A stretch of DNA of 64,000 bases from Octopus sinensis (GCF_006345805.1 NC_043000.1:77996001-78060000), one strand, 5' to 3'. Positions 14,012 to 27,333 are shown, numbered from the stretch's first letter. Numbers and translations are program-made. Notes: a model not told the origin generated them from the letters alone.

Positions 14012-14530
14012 TTTTAGTAGATGGTTTTCAAGCAGAGTGTCGCCTAACACTTTCATCGATCATCGACAGAGCTCTATTAGTATGAATACAGAACATTTAG
14101 CCGAAATTTACTTGTAGATTTTCTTGGATCAACATTAGTTTCTAAAACATGTCGAACCTTCTGAATTTTCTGTAAAGTTACTCAAAACTAACAAGTTCAA
14201 CAAAGACTCAAACGTGTCTTCAATAAATTCTACTCATAAAACTACTTAACAAAGCTACCGACATATTACATATATTACATAAAAGAGGAAAAGAAAAGGG
14301 TTCAAGCAATGAAAGTTACGCACTCGCCGTTGTACCCTAAGCAGACAAACTAATGACAAAATATAGTTCAACGGCGTTGAAGTGTCGGCAGCAAACTAAC
14401 AACTAAAAATTTGTGATGGACTGGGAATCAAACAAGTATTAATGTATAGAAATTTATGGACAGGTAATCATGCAATGCACCACTTTCGAGACATGCACAA
14501 TAGGTTGTTCATCCCCGCCGAACTTATATA

Positions 14531-14749
14531 TACAAAGTGGCCATAAAGTCACGCACCATCTTGCAATATGTGAAATTGCGAACATTCTCTTTCTTTATCT
14601 CTTCTCACAAGTGCCGATATTACTCACAAACCAATCCTCATTGGATGGAGGCGTTAAAACTAAACATTTGTAATGGACTACCTACTTCATTGCTAATAAA
14701 GCATACTTGATATCTCCCATGGTGCGTAAATCTGTGGTCACCCTGTAGA

Positions 14750-14789
<40 letters not shown>

Positions 14790-15041
14790 TCTACAGGGTG
14801 ACCACAGATTCACGCACCATGGGAGATATCAAGTATGCTTTATTATATATATATATTCTACAGGGTGACCACAGATTCACGCACCATGGGAGATATCAAG
14901 TATGCTTTATTAGCAATGAAGTAGGTAGTCCATTACAAATGTTTAGTTTTAACGCCTCCATCCAATGAGGATTGGTTTGTGAGTAATATCGGCACTTGTG
15001 AGAAGAGATAAAGAAAGAGAATGTTCGCAATTTCACATATT
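14531..15041. mobile_element. Tc1/mariner-type MITE (14531-14747) plus near-identical inverted copies (14789-15041)
   Basis: TIRs TACAAAGTGGCCATAAAGTCACGCACCAT / ATGGTGCGTAAATCTGTGGTCACCCTGTA. 14566-14750 is reverse-complemented at 14855-15041. Confidence 0.75.
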
Positions 15042-15744
15042 CCCTATCAATTCCACCCCACCCAACCCCATCCCTTACACCCACTCGCTCATACCCCACC
15101 TGTACCCCACCCTTGCTTCCCCACTCTCGCCTCCCCTACATCCCACCATATCACATCACACTCCCACATCGCCTCCCCTACATCCCACCATACACCACCA
15201 CACCATACACCACCATACCACACAACACCACATCACATCACACACCCACGCACACACTAGCACTGACCACTTCCTAGCTTCACACCATCATCCACACACC
15301 TACACATGCACACACGCACACGTTAAGGTCACCAGCCCTCTTCCCACGCACATACATGCCCTCTTATACACACGCACGCACCTTCGTTTTGGCATCACTA
15401 CTACTTTATTATCTCTCCTTCTTAGATCTCCTGTGTTACCCCTCTGTCCGGCATTCGTCATGATAGATCGCTAGCCACTACACATTCTTGTTTCCTTGTT
15501 TCTTTCAGTGTCCCTTTTTGTGGAAGAGCGTAGGCACGAAATGTTAAAGACTTTTTCACTTCCCGAGCATTTAACTAATACATCTGTTTGTTGTCTACAC
15601 CACCTGTCTTCGTCTTTTTTTGTGTGAATTCTCTCCCTATACATATGTGTATATATGTATATATATATATATAAATAATATATATAGATGCATATATGGG
15701 CACAGGACGTCACCAACGTTGCAAATAACATACACACGAGAGAT

Positions 15745-15850
15745 AGATACAGATAAAGTCCTCACTTTCGCAAGCGTTTTTACAGAGATTAGTGAACAAG
15801 ATAAGGATATAATCCTCCACGCTAGAAAGACCTTACTCTTCAGCGACAAC
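15745..15850 (+). mobile_element. Penelope-like RT fragment
   Basis: [33 protein letters not shown] resembles a PLE RT segment. Its last ~43 bp are inverted at 16163-16205. Confidence 0.6.
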
Positions 15851-15881
15851 ACATATATATATATGTGTGTATATATATATA

Positions 15882-15931
<50 letters not shown>

Positions 15932-15964
15932 ATCTCTATGTATATAAATGTATTTTTATATATG

Positions 15965-16000
<36 letters not shown>

Positions 16001-16061
16001 CTCTATATATATATGTATAGATATATACATGTATATATTTGCATGTATATACATATTTATG

Positions 16062-16101
<40 letters not shown>

Positions 16102-16107
16102 TATATG

Positions 16108-16152
<45 letters not shown>

Positions 16153-16200
16153 TATATATATATGTTGTCGCTGAAGAGTAAGGTCTTTCTAGCGTGGAGG

Positions 16201-16280
<80 letters not shown>

Positions 16281-16491
16281 TATATATTAAAATTTATATA
16301 GAGTAGGAAAAAATTTTTGAACTTTTTTCTGCCAGTGTCCTAGAAATGTTTTTAGCAATTTTTGAAGTCGAATCGAAATTTTTATATGCTGCTGATTGAA
16401 TCTCCGGTTGCACGGAGGATTTGAAAAATTATAATATTTAAGCATGAGACGTGTTGTTTGGTCCCAAATTTATATATTGATGTTTTCGCAT

Positions 16492-16546
16492 ATCCGCTGA
16501 TGAGAACTTTGCCTTGCGAGTTAAAGTTTGAAATCTGAGGTCGGGT
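16492..16546 (+). ncRNA. Hammerhead-ribozyme-like motif (degenerate type I)
   Basis: atccg-CTGATGA-gaacttt...aaagttt-GAAA-tctgagg-TC-gggt. Stem II is about 7 bp; stem I register is imperfect. Confidence 0.5.
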
Positions 16547-16794
16547 TGAATAACATGGTAAATGTTTTTATTTTTCATTCCATTCGAAATTGCACTGAAC
16601 TGTGGTTTGGACAGTTTGACTGTTCTTTCTAGTATGCTAGGCTCGCCTCTTTGTACTTAAATGTACAATAATTTTTATATAGGTATATAAATTCAGGGTG
16701 AGTACTTGATAATTGTAAGCACCTGTATATACCATTTGCTGGTGTAGGTGGTGGAGTAAATTAATCAAAATAAAAACATGATGCCAAGAATTCA

Positions 16795-16872
16795 GCGGTA
16801 CATATGTTTCGGGCCTTTATTAGACGGATTTATAACAATGCATAATGTGTGTCTATGGCCTTCTTCAGCCGC
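16795..16872 (-). ncRNA. Minimal type I hammerhead ribozyme
   Basis: Minus strand: GCGG-CTGAAGA-aGGCC.TAGAC...GTCTA..GGCCc-GAAAC-ATAT-GTA-CCGC. Perfect 4-bp stem I and palindromic stem III (ACATATGT). Confidence 0.8.
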
Positions 16873-17401
16873 GCACAATTACTACTTCAAGGACATGTAT
16901 TACATCATATTTCTACGTTGGGGATGCAAATCCTCTCAGTCGCGTACGACAGAGTGGGGCACCAGCACAAAAACGAAGCGTCCATCCCGTCTTTCACTCA
17001 ATGTAGAATGAGGAAGTTTGGATGTTGAGGTAATATAAATAAATAAATAAATGAATAAATAAATATATAAATACACACAGACGTGAAAGAACCTGGTAAT
17101 AAAAATAAATAGGGATAAAGGTAGAGGGGCGAGAATTAAGGACGGAAGATAAAAAAATATAAAAAGTATAAAAAATATAAAAAGATAAAAAAATATAAAC
17201 ATAGAAATATAAAATATAAAAATATAAAGAAATATAAAAAAATATAAAAAATATAAAAGGATATAAAAATATTTTTTTTAAATATATATATATATATATG
17301 TATATATATGTGTGCGTATATATTATATATATATATACGTATGTATATGTATATATGTGTGTGTATAAATATATGTATATATATATGTGTGTGTGTATAT
17401 A

Positions 17402-18845
17402 TACCTCTCATATCATCAAGGTATTTGAGAGGGTGCTGAGATCGCGTATGACTCACTTCCTTGAGAGTCATAATATGCTGAACCCCAACCAGCATGGATT
17501 CCGTAATGGGAGAGATTGCCTGACGCAGCTACTGCATCATTTTGATGACATTTTGAGAGCCTTGGGAGAGGGTTCCAACACTGATGTCATCTACCTTGAT
17601 TTCAGCAAGGCCTTTGACAGGGTTGATCATAAGATCCTTCTGAGAAAGCTGTCCAATATTGGTGTCACTGGAAAGCTGCTGCAATGGATCAAGTGCTTCC
17701 TCTCTAACAGAACCCAACATGTTGTAGTCGAGGGAGTCAAATCCAGCCCAGCCAAAGTCAGCAGTGGTGTCCCACAAGGCACTGTGTTGGGCCCACTTCT
17801 CTTCATCATCTACATAAATGATATTACTGACACCATCAAACACAGCAACATCAGAACCTTCGCTGATGATTCCAAGCTCCAGAAGGTCATCAATGGCGTG
17901 GATGACCGAATAAACCTTCAGTCAGACCTACTGGCTGTTGTCCAATGGGCGGAAAAGAATAACATGTTGCTAAATGAAGACAAATTCGAACTGATCCACT
18001 TTGGAAGGGAGGACGCTCTGAAACTCCCATACTCTCTTCCTTCTGGAGAAATTCTCATGGCATCCAACAACATCAGAGACCTGGGAGTAACAGTGGACAA
18101 CAACATAAGCTGGGCTACACATATAAGCAGCAAAGTTGACATGGCCCGCAGAATGTGTTCCTGGATTCTCAGAACCTTCCAGTCGAGAGATTCCCACGCT
18201 ATTATCCTTCTCTTCTCCACTTTTGCCCGACCCCACCTTGAATACTGCTGTCCACTGTGGTCTCCCTACACAAAACAAAATATTATGAGAATTGAAGCTC
18301 CCCAAAGGTCAATCACAAAAAAGATAGATGGCATGTCAGACCTTGACTACTGGGGTAGACTAGAGAAGCTGAAATTGTATTCACTCCAACGACGCCGTGA
18401 ACGCTACATTATCTGTATGATGTGGAAAATATTCCATCAGCACTGTCCGAATGATGTTGGCATCACCTTCAAAATGCATCCAAGGCTTGGACCACGTGCC
18501 ATCCGTCCACAACAAAAATCTAAATCGCATCACATAACGACAATACGGCACAACTATTTCACCTCATTTGGACCTGCTCTCTTCAACATTACACCAGGAC
18601 ACGTCAAAAAAGAAACTGACCACAAAAATTCAAGAAGTCTTTGGACAAATTCCTTCAAACAGTACCGGACAAACCACCCACACCCGGATATGTCTCCGCA
18701 AACAATAACTCTCTGCTCGAATGGGCCTTGGTGCCCAAATCCTGAACTGAAAGACTTCGCCAGGTGGTGCTATTAAGTTAGACATGGCCTGGGCCAATAC
18801 TGGCCAAAAACCTTTCAAAGTTATTCTAAGTTCTAAGTTATTCTA
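17402..18845 (+). mobile_element. 5'-truncated CR1-clade LINE (RT and 3' end), inserted in (TA)n
   Basis: Long open frame with NQHGFR, YLDFSKAFDRVDH, SGVPQGTVLGPLLF, FADDSK, RDLGV and RPHLEYCCPLWSP. Short-repeat tail AAGTT(ATT)CT at 18818-18845. Confidence 0.92.
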
Positions 18846-19055
18846 TATATATATACATATGTATATGTATATATATGTATATATATGTACATATATATAT
18901 ATAAATGTATATATATAGATGTATATATATATGTGTGTATATACGTATATATATATATGTGTATATATAGGTATGTGTATATATATGTATATATATATAT
19001 TTTATTTTATTTTATCTACTTCAGCTCACGAGCTGTGGCCATGCTGGGGCACCGC

Positions 19056-19121
<66 letters not shown>

Positions 19122-19200
19122 TATATATGTATATGCATATATATGTATATATGTGTGTATGTATATGTATGTATGTAATGTATGTATATATATATAGCTG

Positions 19201-19250
<50 letters not shown>

Positions 19251-19363
19251 GTATATATATAGTTAATCCAAACAAGAAAACACATATACGTATATATATA
19301 CGTATATATATATGTATATATAATATATATATAATTGAACGCGACGCATCTATTCCCAAGCAG

Positions 19364-19400
<37 letters not shown>

Positions 19401-19645
19401 ATAGTAAGTGCGTAAATTCGAAACAAGGTGGTAAACAGCACATCGAATACCAGAGGTAGAGTAATATGCTATATTAAAAAGCTGGGAAAATATCACAAAA
19501 GCTGTTACTCAGAGATTCACGTTCCCTTGAATGTCTGAGCAAAAGATTTTGTGATAGTTTTGCTGCGTTTTAATAATGTATACTTTTACGTGTGTATGTA
19601 TATATATGCATATATGTATCTATACATGTATATATATATATATAT

Positions 19646-19696
<51 letters not shown>

Positions 19697-19744
19697 GATA
19701 TATATATATATATATATATAATAAATAAAGCATATGTATATATA

Positions 19745-20640
19745 CATGCTTATATGTACGTACCTACCTCTACATGTATATATACATGCATATATACATG
19801 CATATATGGGTACAGGACACCAAAAACGTCGAACACAATGAGAAACGAAAACATAAACACAAAACCATTCTTCTTAAACAACGAAAAAATAGAGTACAGG
19901 ACATACAACACAAGGAAAATTCCCCTTCTTCAGTCGCCTCTGTTTCATCTACTACGCGTTTCGAAGGTCAAGGCGAGACACGACTTCAATGAAACATTCT
20001 TCCAGCAAAAAGCAAATTAAATAAAATTTGAGATTTTTTTGCGGAGGGGTAAAAATGGTAACAAAAAGAGGATAGTAAAGAAAGTACAAAATATAAACAG
20101 TAAAGGACAGGACAAGGAGAATAACAGTAACACAAACATTGAGAGCTGTTAAGCCAGAACGAAAGAAAAAATATTATGAACGCTTTTTGAGGACGGCAAG
20201 GGAGAGACAGGAAAGCCATCCACACTTGAAGGAAGCCAGGTCAGAAAGACAGTAGCAGAGCTCTCGTCGCGGGTCAACGACGGGAGGGAGGAGGAGGAGC
20301 AGGAGAAAGGGAGAGAAAAAAGGGAATGGCTGTAGAGAAAACCAGAAAGGATGAACAATGAGAGAGAGAGAGAGAGGGAAAGACAGTAAGGTAGAAGAAA
20401 AGGAAACCAGAAAGAATGAAGGCTGAGAAAGGGAGGGGGACAGAAAGGTTAAGAATGCGCATCATTATTAATATTAAGAACAAACTTACTTAGAAATGGA
20501 TGCGTGCGTTCCATCATATAATAAATTAATAAATAAAACATATGCATATATACATACATATATGTACGTACCTACCCCTACATGTATATATACATGCATA
20601 TATGGGTACAGGACACCAACAAAACCTCGAACACAATGAG
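19745..20640. repeat. Dispersed repeat with direct terminal duplication, possibly PLE-derived
   Basis: TATATGTACGTACCTACC...GGGTACAGGACACCAA...CGAACACAATGAGAAA occurs at ~19750-19845 and ~20560-20643. Confidence 0.5.
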
Positions 20641-20789
20641 AAATATATATATATATATGTATGTATTTATTTATTTATTTATGTGTGTGTATTTTTCTGT
20701 GTGTGTTTATAAACATGTACGTGTATCAATTAATGTTGCAAGATTCCTGATGTGAAATTGTATGTTTAAACAGATTTTGTATTTTCTTT

Positions 20790-21294
20790 TTCTTTTTTGC
20801 CAAATAAACACTCGCACTATGTATTCGTTCTTCATTTGTAAATAGTTCTTATTTTAATTCATGTCCATTGTCTAGAAATCTCTCGTCATACATCTGTGCC
20901 CTCTTCAGCGATACTTTTCACTTTCGTCTGTGCTCTTGCTCCAGTTACTCCATTCTGCCCTTCTATGACCTGCATCCTTTTAAGAAGTGAACCTTTATAT
21001 ACACACAATAACTTCACAGATGACCGCAACAATATTAACAATAGTACTAAAACGACAGCCATAGCGGTGCCAAAAAATAGTATCATCAACAACATCAACA
21101 ACAACTACAATGATGACAACACCGTGGACTAACACACAAACACAGATATATACAGGAACTGTACCAAACCTTCGGCTCCTAGGACAGCGGCAACAGAACG
21201 AGGTGAGAGGATGAGGCTGAGGGGAAGGCCATACTACTGCTAAGAACAATGACACAGACACTAGCATACATACAGACACACATACATGCACACA

Positions 21295-21340
<46 letters not shown>

Positions 21341-21580
21341 ACACACACACACACACACAAATAAAGACGCAAATACATGCGCACATAAGAATACACATCA
21401 TAGAACAGCAGAATGGAGTAAGTGGAGCAAGATCACACGAAAGCGAAGTGTTGGTGTAAAGGTCGCAGATATATGTGACGAAAGATTTCCGGACAATGGA
21501 CATGAATTAAAGCAAGAACAGTAATAAACGAGTGAAGAGAAAATATATAGTGTATGTGTTTTTATTTGGCAAAAAATGTG
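20790..21580. mobile_element. Old inverted pair of PLE pseudo-LTRs with hammerhead remnants
   Basis: 20790-20980 is the diverged reverse complement of 21385-21580. The arms contain CTGAAGAG-GGCACA..TATGAC-GAGA (20870-20914, minus) and GGTCGCA..TGTGAC-GAAA-GATTTC-CGGAC (21461-21494). The terminus resembles 41650-41690. Confidence 0.65.
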
Positions 21581-21663
21581 ACCATCCAGAAATACAATAT
21601 ATTATATATATATATAATATTATATATATATGTATGTATGTATATATATATATAATATGTATG

Positions 21664-21705
<42 letters not shown>

Positions 21706-21711
21706 CATACA

Positions 21712-21773
<62 letters not shown>

Positions 21774-21784
21774 TATAGAAGGAG

Positions 21785-21838
<54 letters not shown>

Positions 21839-21962
21839 ATTATTATATAGAATGAAACAGTTCTAGTCCTGTAGAAGCTCCTTCTATATAATAAATTAAT
21901 TTTACTCTGCTATGTATTGAGTACCTTATTTACTGTGGTTAACCCCGAATCAACCCGGGACC

Positions 21963-22024
<62 letters not shown>

Positions 22025-22040
22025 CATATATATTTATATA

Positions 22041-22081
<41 letters not shown>

Positions 22082-22139
22082 TATATATATATACTTACTA
22101 CATACATACATTCATACATGGATACACACATACATACCT

Positions 22140-22940
22140 AAATGCCAATCTTGCGAAATTAAGCTTCATAAAATCAGAAAGGAGAAATCTGATTGGAAGA
22201 CTACAAATCCAATCCATCACTGGGACTGTAAAAATCTGTAAAACTTTCCAGAAGTTTATCATTTAAATATATATGAGTATATCAAGATATGCAACTATAT
22301 GAATGAGAACACATGCATAAAACATACAAATCTGCACATACAAACATGCATACATACATACATACATACATACATACATACATACATACATACATACATA
22401 CATACAAGGAATACTGGTGGAATGTCCCAGTGAAGACCCCAATAAAATATAAGCGCAACAGACCTGATACAATGACTTGGTATAGAGAAGAGAAACTGTG
22501 CACAGTTGTAGAAACTAACTGCCCAGCAGATGTTAACATAAAGCTGAAGATCAGTGGAAAAGAGAACAACTATACTGAACTATTGAGAAATCTGCAGTTA
22601 CACTATCCATATTATAATTCCAGGTTTATACCTGTAATTATTGGGGCCCTGGAATATGTAACACGTTGCCTAGATACCCATCTTGAGAAATTAGGCTTCT
22701 CAGAACCAGAAAGGAGAAAGCTGATTCGAAGACTGTAGATCCAATTCATTACTGGAACTGTAAAAATCTTTAAAAAACTTTCCAGAAGTTTATTTAAATA
22801 TATATGAGCCTCTCTCGATATGCAACTATATACACGAGAATACATACATAAAACATACAAATCTGCATATGCATACGTACATACATACATACATACATAC
22901 ATACATACATACATACATACATACATACATACATACATAC
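22140..22940 (+). mobile_element. Two tandem 3' fragments of R4/Dong-type RLE LINE, each bounded by (TACA)n
   Basis: KEYWWNVPV...NRPD...VVETNCPADVNI...KENNY...FIPVIIGAL (PD-(D/E)xK endonuclease). The 3' end is repeated at 22140-22350 and 22680-22880. Confidence 0.85.
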
Positions 22941-23980
22941 ATTCAAACTAACAAAAATACCCTGTTTTTGAGGTTGAAATTCCAATAAAGGAACGTTGGG
23001 TCTAGGTTAGAAACCGGTTTTAACTCTGTTGGCAAGAAATCTTGAAATAAACTAAATAATGACGTACATATGAGGGGAAATTTCACACTAACATCTTATA
23101 ATGAGAATATTTTTGTGTAACACAGCTGTTCCATGGGGACAATTACGTTCAGGGCTTCCGGCTCCTTCGTCAAATGAGCCCAACTTCTGACAAAGTTTGA
23201 AAGAAAGACATTTCAGAAGACAGTGCGAAGAATGAATTGGAATGTACATGTTACTCTAATTATGTAAACGCGACATTTCCTCATTCATCTATTCACAGCT
23301 GAACGACACAGTGTGGCTTCCAAAACAAACTTTTACTCATTCTAAGAGTAAATCAGGTCATGTACAGAAACCCAACAACCAGCTGCTAAATTGTGGGAAC
23401 GCTAAAATTATGCACACTGTTGAGACTATCGATTTTAAAATACGACTAGAATTTCCAATCAAATCAGAAACAAATTTCAGTAAAGATCTTTATAGAGTAA
23501 ATATCAGAATTCTGAAGAATTGTATAGGGTGAATATATTTTGCTAACCTCTAAATGGTTTTCTAACAAATATGTACACACGATCGCACATGCATACAGGG
23601 ACATAGACTAACAGACACATGCAAAACACACATACACACACACTTAAGTATGTATATAAGTATGTATGTATGTATGTATGGATGGATGGATGGATGGATG
23701 GATGCATGCATGCATGCATGCATGCATGTGTGTATGTATATATGTATGTATGTATATATGCATTACATGCCAATAGATTAAACTGGGTGGGACGAAATAT
23801 TCTATACTGAGAGCATACTTATTGGAAACTGAAATTTCATAAATCGTTACTCTGATCTTGGAATGACTACATCATCCCAAGTGTATACACGCATAGACAC
23901 AAACATATTCATGCACACACACACGCATGTACACATACGTAAAGGTGTAGATATACACGTGATATACATATTTATGCTTT

Positions 23981-24030
<50 letters not shown>

Positions 24031-24614
24031 GTATATTTCAATATATATATATATATATATATATTTGTGTGTATATATATATATATGTGTGTGTGTGCGT
24101 GTGTGTGTGTGTGCGTGCGTGTGCGTGCGTGTGCGTGCGTGTGTGTGTATGTATATATATATATATATATATAATCATTTATGCAAACATACAAGCAGTT
24201 ACACACACACAGAAAACAGAAAATAAAATTCAGTCGTGAATTTAAGAGGAACGATAATGTTGCTCGTAGTTCCCACTGTAAATCGGACCAGAAATTGTTG
24301 TAACAGTAATTTCGGGTCCTAATGAGCAATAATTATTGGTTACTGAGGTTTCGGCACATGTAAGATATTATCACCCTAGACACTGAAATAACAATATATT
24401 ACGGAACATTCTAAGAAACAGTTGCTTGTCTGTACACGTATGTGAATATATACAGTAGTGTTTGTGTTTTACTATAAAAGTGCATACATATTGCATATAT
24501 TTGAGCATGTAATCGCGAGTGTATGTATCTATGTCTATGTGTCATTTCCTCACAGTCACAAACACACTTAAACATACATATATACATTCATACATACATA
24601 CATACATACATACA

Positions 24615-24648
<34 letters not shown>

Positions 24649-24729
24649 CATACATACATCTATGTGTGTGTGTGTGTGTAGAAAGAGAGAGGTAGCGAGA
24701 GAGAAACATAAACATGAAAATGTCTATCC

Positions 24730-24769
<40 letters not shown>

Positions 24770-25309
24770 GTCTGTCTGTCTGTCTGTCTGTCTACCCCCC
24801 TCTCTATTATAAATATATATATATACACACACACACATAGATATGTATATATAGGCAAGCAGAGTTAACGGTTATAGTAACCGACTAAGAGATAAAAATA
24901 TCTGCAATTACTATCGGTATCAGTTACCTGGGCATGGGTATGCAAGCACACTATGCTCGTAGGGTACAGGTAACATCAGAATAACCCAAAGTTTATCAGG
25001 AGTCAAATTTAAATAATCAGAAAATGGAGAAAACTTTTGATCAACAACCAAACAAATTGGACCACTCTAGATTTTTTTTTAAACAAAACATAACATAACA
25101 TTTCTATGACAAAACAACTGTTACGGTCGTTTCCGCTTCCAATGCCAGTCGGTATTTATGAAAGAATTATGAAAATAAAATTTAAAGGAACATCTGCAGA
25201 TCCGAAGTGATGTTTCCCAAGTGACTAGATTGAAACATGTGTCGGCCTTTTAATGCTTATTTTAAAATTATATGTTTCTTTGATATTTTTTATATTCATT
25301 TATTTACTA

Positions 25310-26005
25310 TTGGGTAGGTGCATAATTACTGCGGCTTTTTTTTCAACAAATTTTATTCAGCAAAGACATCTTTAAATGATTATTCCGGAACATATTCACC
25401 ATCTACTTCAATTACTGCTTCCTATTTGCTAGGCAGACGGTCAGATCGTTATTTAAAGTTGTTTAAAACAATCCACGCAGGCAGAGAGTGAAAATAACGA
25501 AAATCAATAAAAAAAAGTTGTTTTTGTTAAATATTGTTATTGTTTTTTTTAATAGAATTTGTTGAAAAACAGCCGCAATAACTATGCACCAACCCAATAT
25601 ATATATAAGTTATAAGATGTATAAAAACATGTAAGATACAAATAAATATCTGTAAATATAAAACCATCCGAATTTCTGAGTACCCCATTTCTTCTAATAT
25701 AAAATATCTGTACATCATCTCCAAAACTTCTAATATATATATATACATTATAATTAGGGTTCAGCAAAGATTTGCTTTACCACATACCGAAGTTTAGAAA
25801 TAGCAGCCAAAAAACCTTAGCTATTTCTTCTACTTTAAAAAGGGACTCCCAGAAAAACCAAAATACTTGAAAATAATCCACGCAGGCAGAGAGGGAAAAT
25901 AACGAAAATCAATCAAAAAAGTTGTTTTTGTTAAATATTGTTATTGTTTTTATTGAATAGAATTTGTTGAAAAACAGCCGCAATAACAATGCACCAACCC
26001 AATAT
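25310..26005. mobile_element. Mariner-derived MITE ends mixed with HHR-family pLTR pieces and locally duplicated
   Basis: TIR TATTGGGTAGGTGCATAATTACTGCGGC (25310) pairs with GCCGCAATAACTATGCACCAACCCAATA at ~25598 and ~26004. 25467-25600 is repeated at 25872-26005. Confidence 0.65.
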
Positions 26006-26067
26006 ATTTTATTTTGCTTAACATGATACGAATAAAATAGGCATCCATAACTAAGTCTCTGTTTTGT

Positions 26068-26461
26068 TATATATATATAAAGCTGAAGTTGTCTTTGTAT
26101 GACTGGTTTTGTAGCCTTCAACTAGCACTATCTCCCCCGAGACCCTGAGGCGCAAGTTGACCAAAATTGAGAGCATGGTACAAGAAGGCTGGCTCTTCCT
26201 TCCGTAGAAGAAAAAATTCAAATCGGACCATGTTAACAACAAAAATTATTTACATCAAAATGTGCTTTTTTTTCTCTGAAAGTCCTTATTTTTTACGATT
26301 TTTGACTGCTGTGTCGCCATTTTTCAGTGTATTTCAAACAGAACAATGTTCACTTAAAGAGAGTAACAAACTACATAATGCATAATTTTACTTTTCAAAA
26401 ATTCCAATTCTAAAGGGTCGAAAATAAAACAAGCCCGAGCAACGCTGGGCTATACTGCTAA
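26068..26461 (+). mobile_element. Non-autonomous Helitron (~390 bp)
   Basis: Homologous to 31022-31409; subterminal hairpin CCCGAGCAACGCTGGG and CTAA end. Confidence 0.7.
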
Positions 26462-27333
26462 CACTCCCTTCAGATACACACACACACGCGCGCGCGCACA
26501 CACACGCGCGCGCGCGCGCACACACACACACACACACATTCTCTCTCTCATTTTCTCCCCATTCATCACCCTATTGTACTATTTTATATCCCTCCCCGCT
26601 ACTACACACTCAATAGCACTATAAAATGGTCAAATTCTCTTCCCCAAGATCTTAGACCCCCCCCCTGGAGTAAACATCCTGACCAACTACAAAAGAAACA
26701 AGCAAAACAATTTTTTCTTCTTTCCTCTCTCCCTTTTCTCTCTTCCCCTCTTTTTCTTTAACAACCCTTCCAAATACAAAAACACACACACGCACACACA
26801 CGCACACGCACACACACACACACACACACACATGTTCTCTCTCTCTCTCTCACTTTCTCCCCATTCATCACCCTGTTGTACTATCTTATATCCCTCCCCA
26901 CCACTACACACTCAATAACACGATAAAATGGTCAAAACCTTTTCACAGGAACTTAGTTCGCTTTGAAAACCCCACTAGAATGGGAGAAAGCGCTAATATA
27001 TGATATATGATATAAGTTATAGGATGTATAAAAACATGTAAGATACAAATAAATATCTGTAAATATAAAACCATCCGAATTTCTGAGTACCCCATTTCTT
27101 CTAATATAAAATATCTGTACATCATCTCCAAAACTTCTAATATATATATATACTTTATAATTAGGGTTCAGCAAAGATTTGCTTTACCACATACCGAAGT
27201 TTAGAAATAGCAGCCAAAAAACCTTAGCTATTTCTTCTACTTTAAAAAGGGACTCCCAGAAAAACCAAAATACTTGAAAACAATCCACGCAGGCAGAGAG
27301 GGAAAATAACGAAAATCAATCAATATCTGGTCA

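Noticed and set aside
14998-15474. 158-aa Pro/His-rich ORF
   Set aside because: Low-complexity C/A-rich repeat sequence fused to a MITE arm.
15470-15575. GGAAGAGCGTAGGCACGAAATGTT motif in a repeat also seen inverted at 37790-37875
   Set aside because: Resembles a decayed HHR, but the core and stems cannot be assigned confidently.
19400-19580. Repeat shared with 32750-32895 containing possible HHR 3' half (GAA.C-TCTGA-GTA-ACAG)
   Set aside because: The core is too degenerate in both copies to call from this window.
19935-20000. Minus-strand GAAAC-GC-GTA with GTTTCAT/ATGAAAC flanks
   Set aside because: No CUGANGA in register, so it was left uncalled.
23126-23200. Possible small exon after ACACAG acceptor
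   Set aside because: The frames I read stop within about 25 codons, with no recognisable homology or clear donor.
25195-25250. GAAAC-ATGT-GTC-GGCC possible HHR half
   Set aside because: The 5' core is not recognisable.
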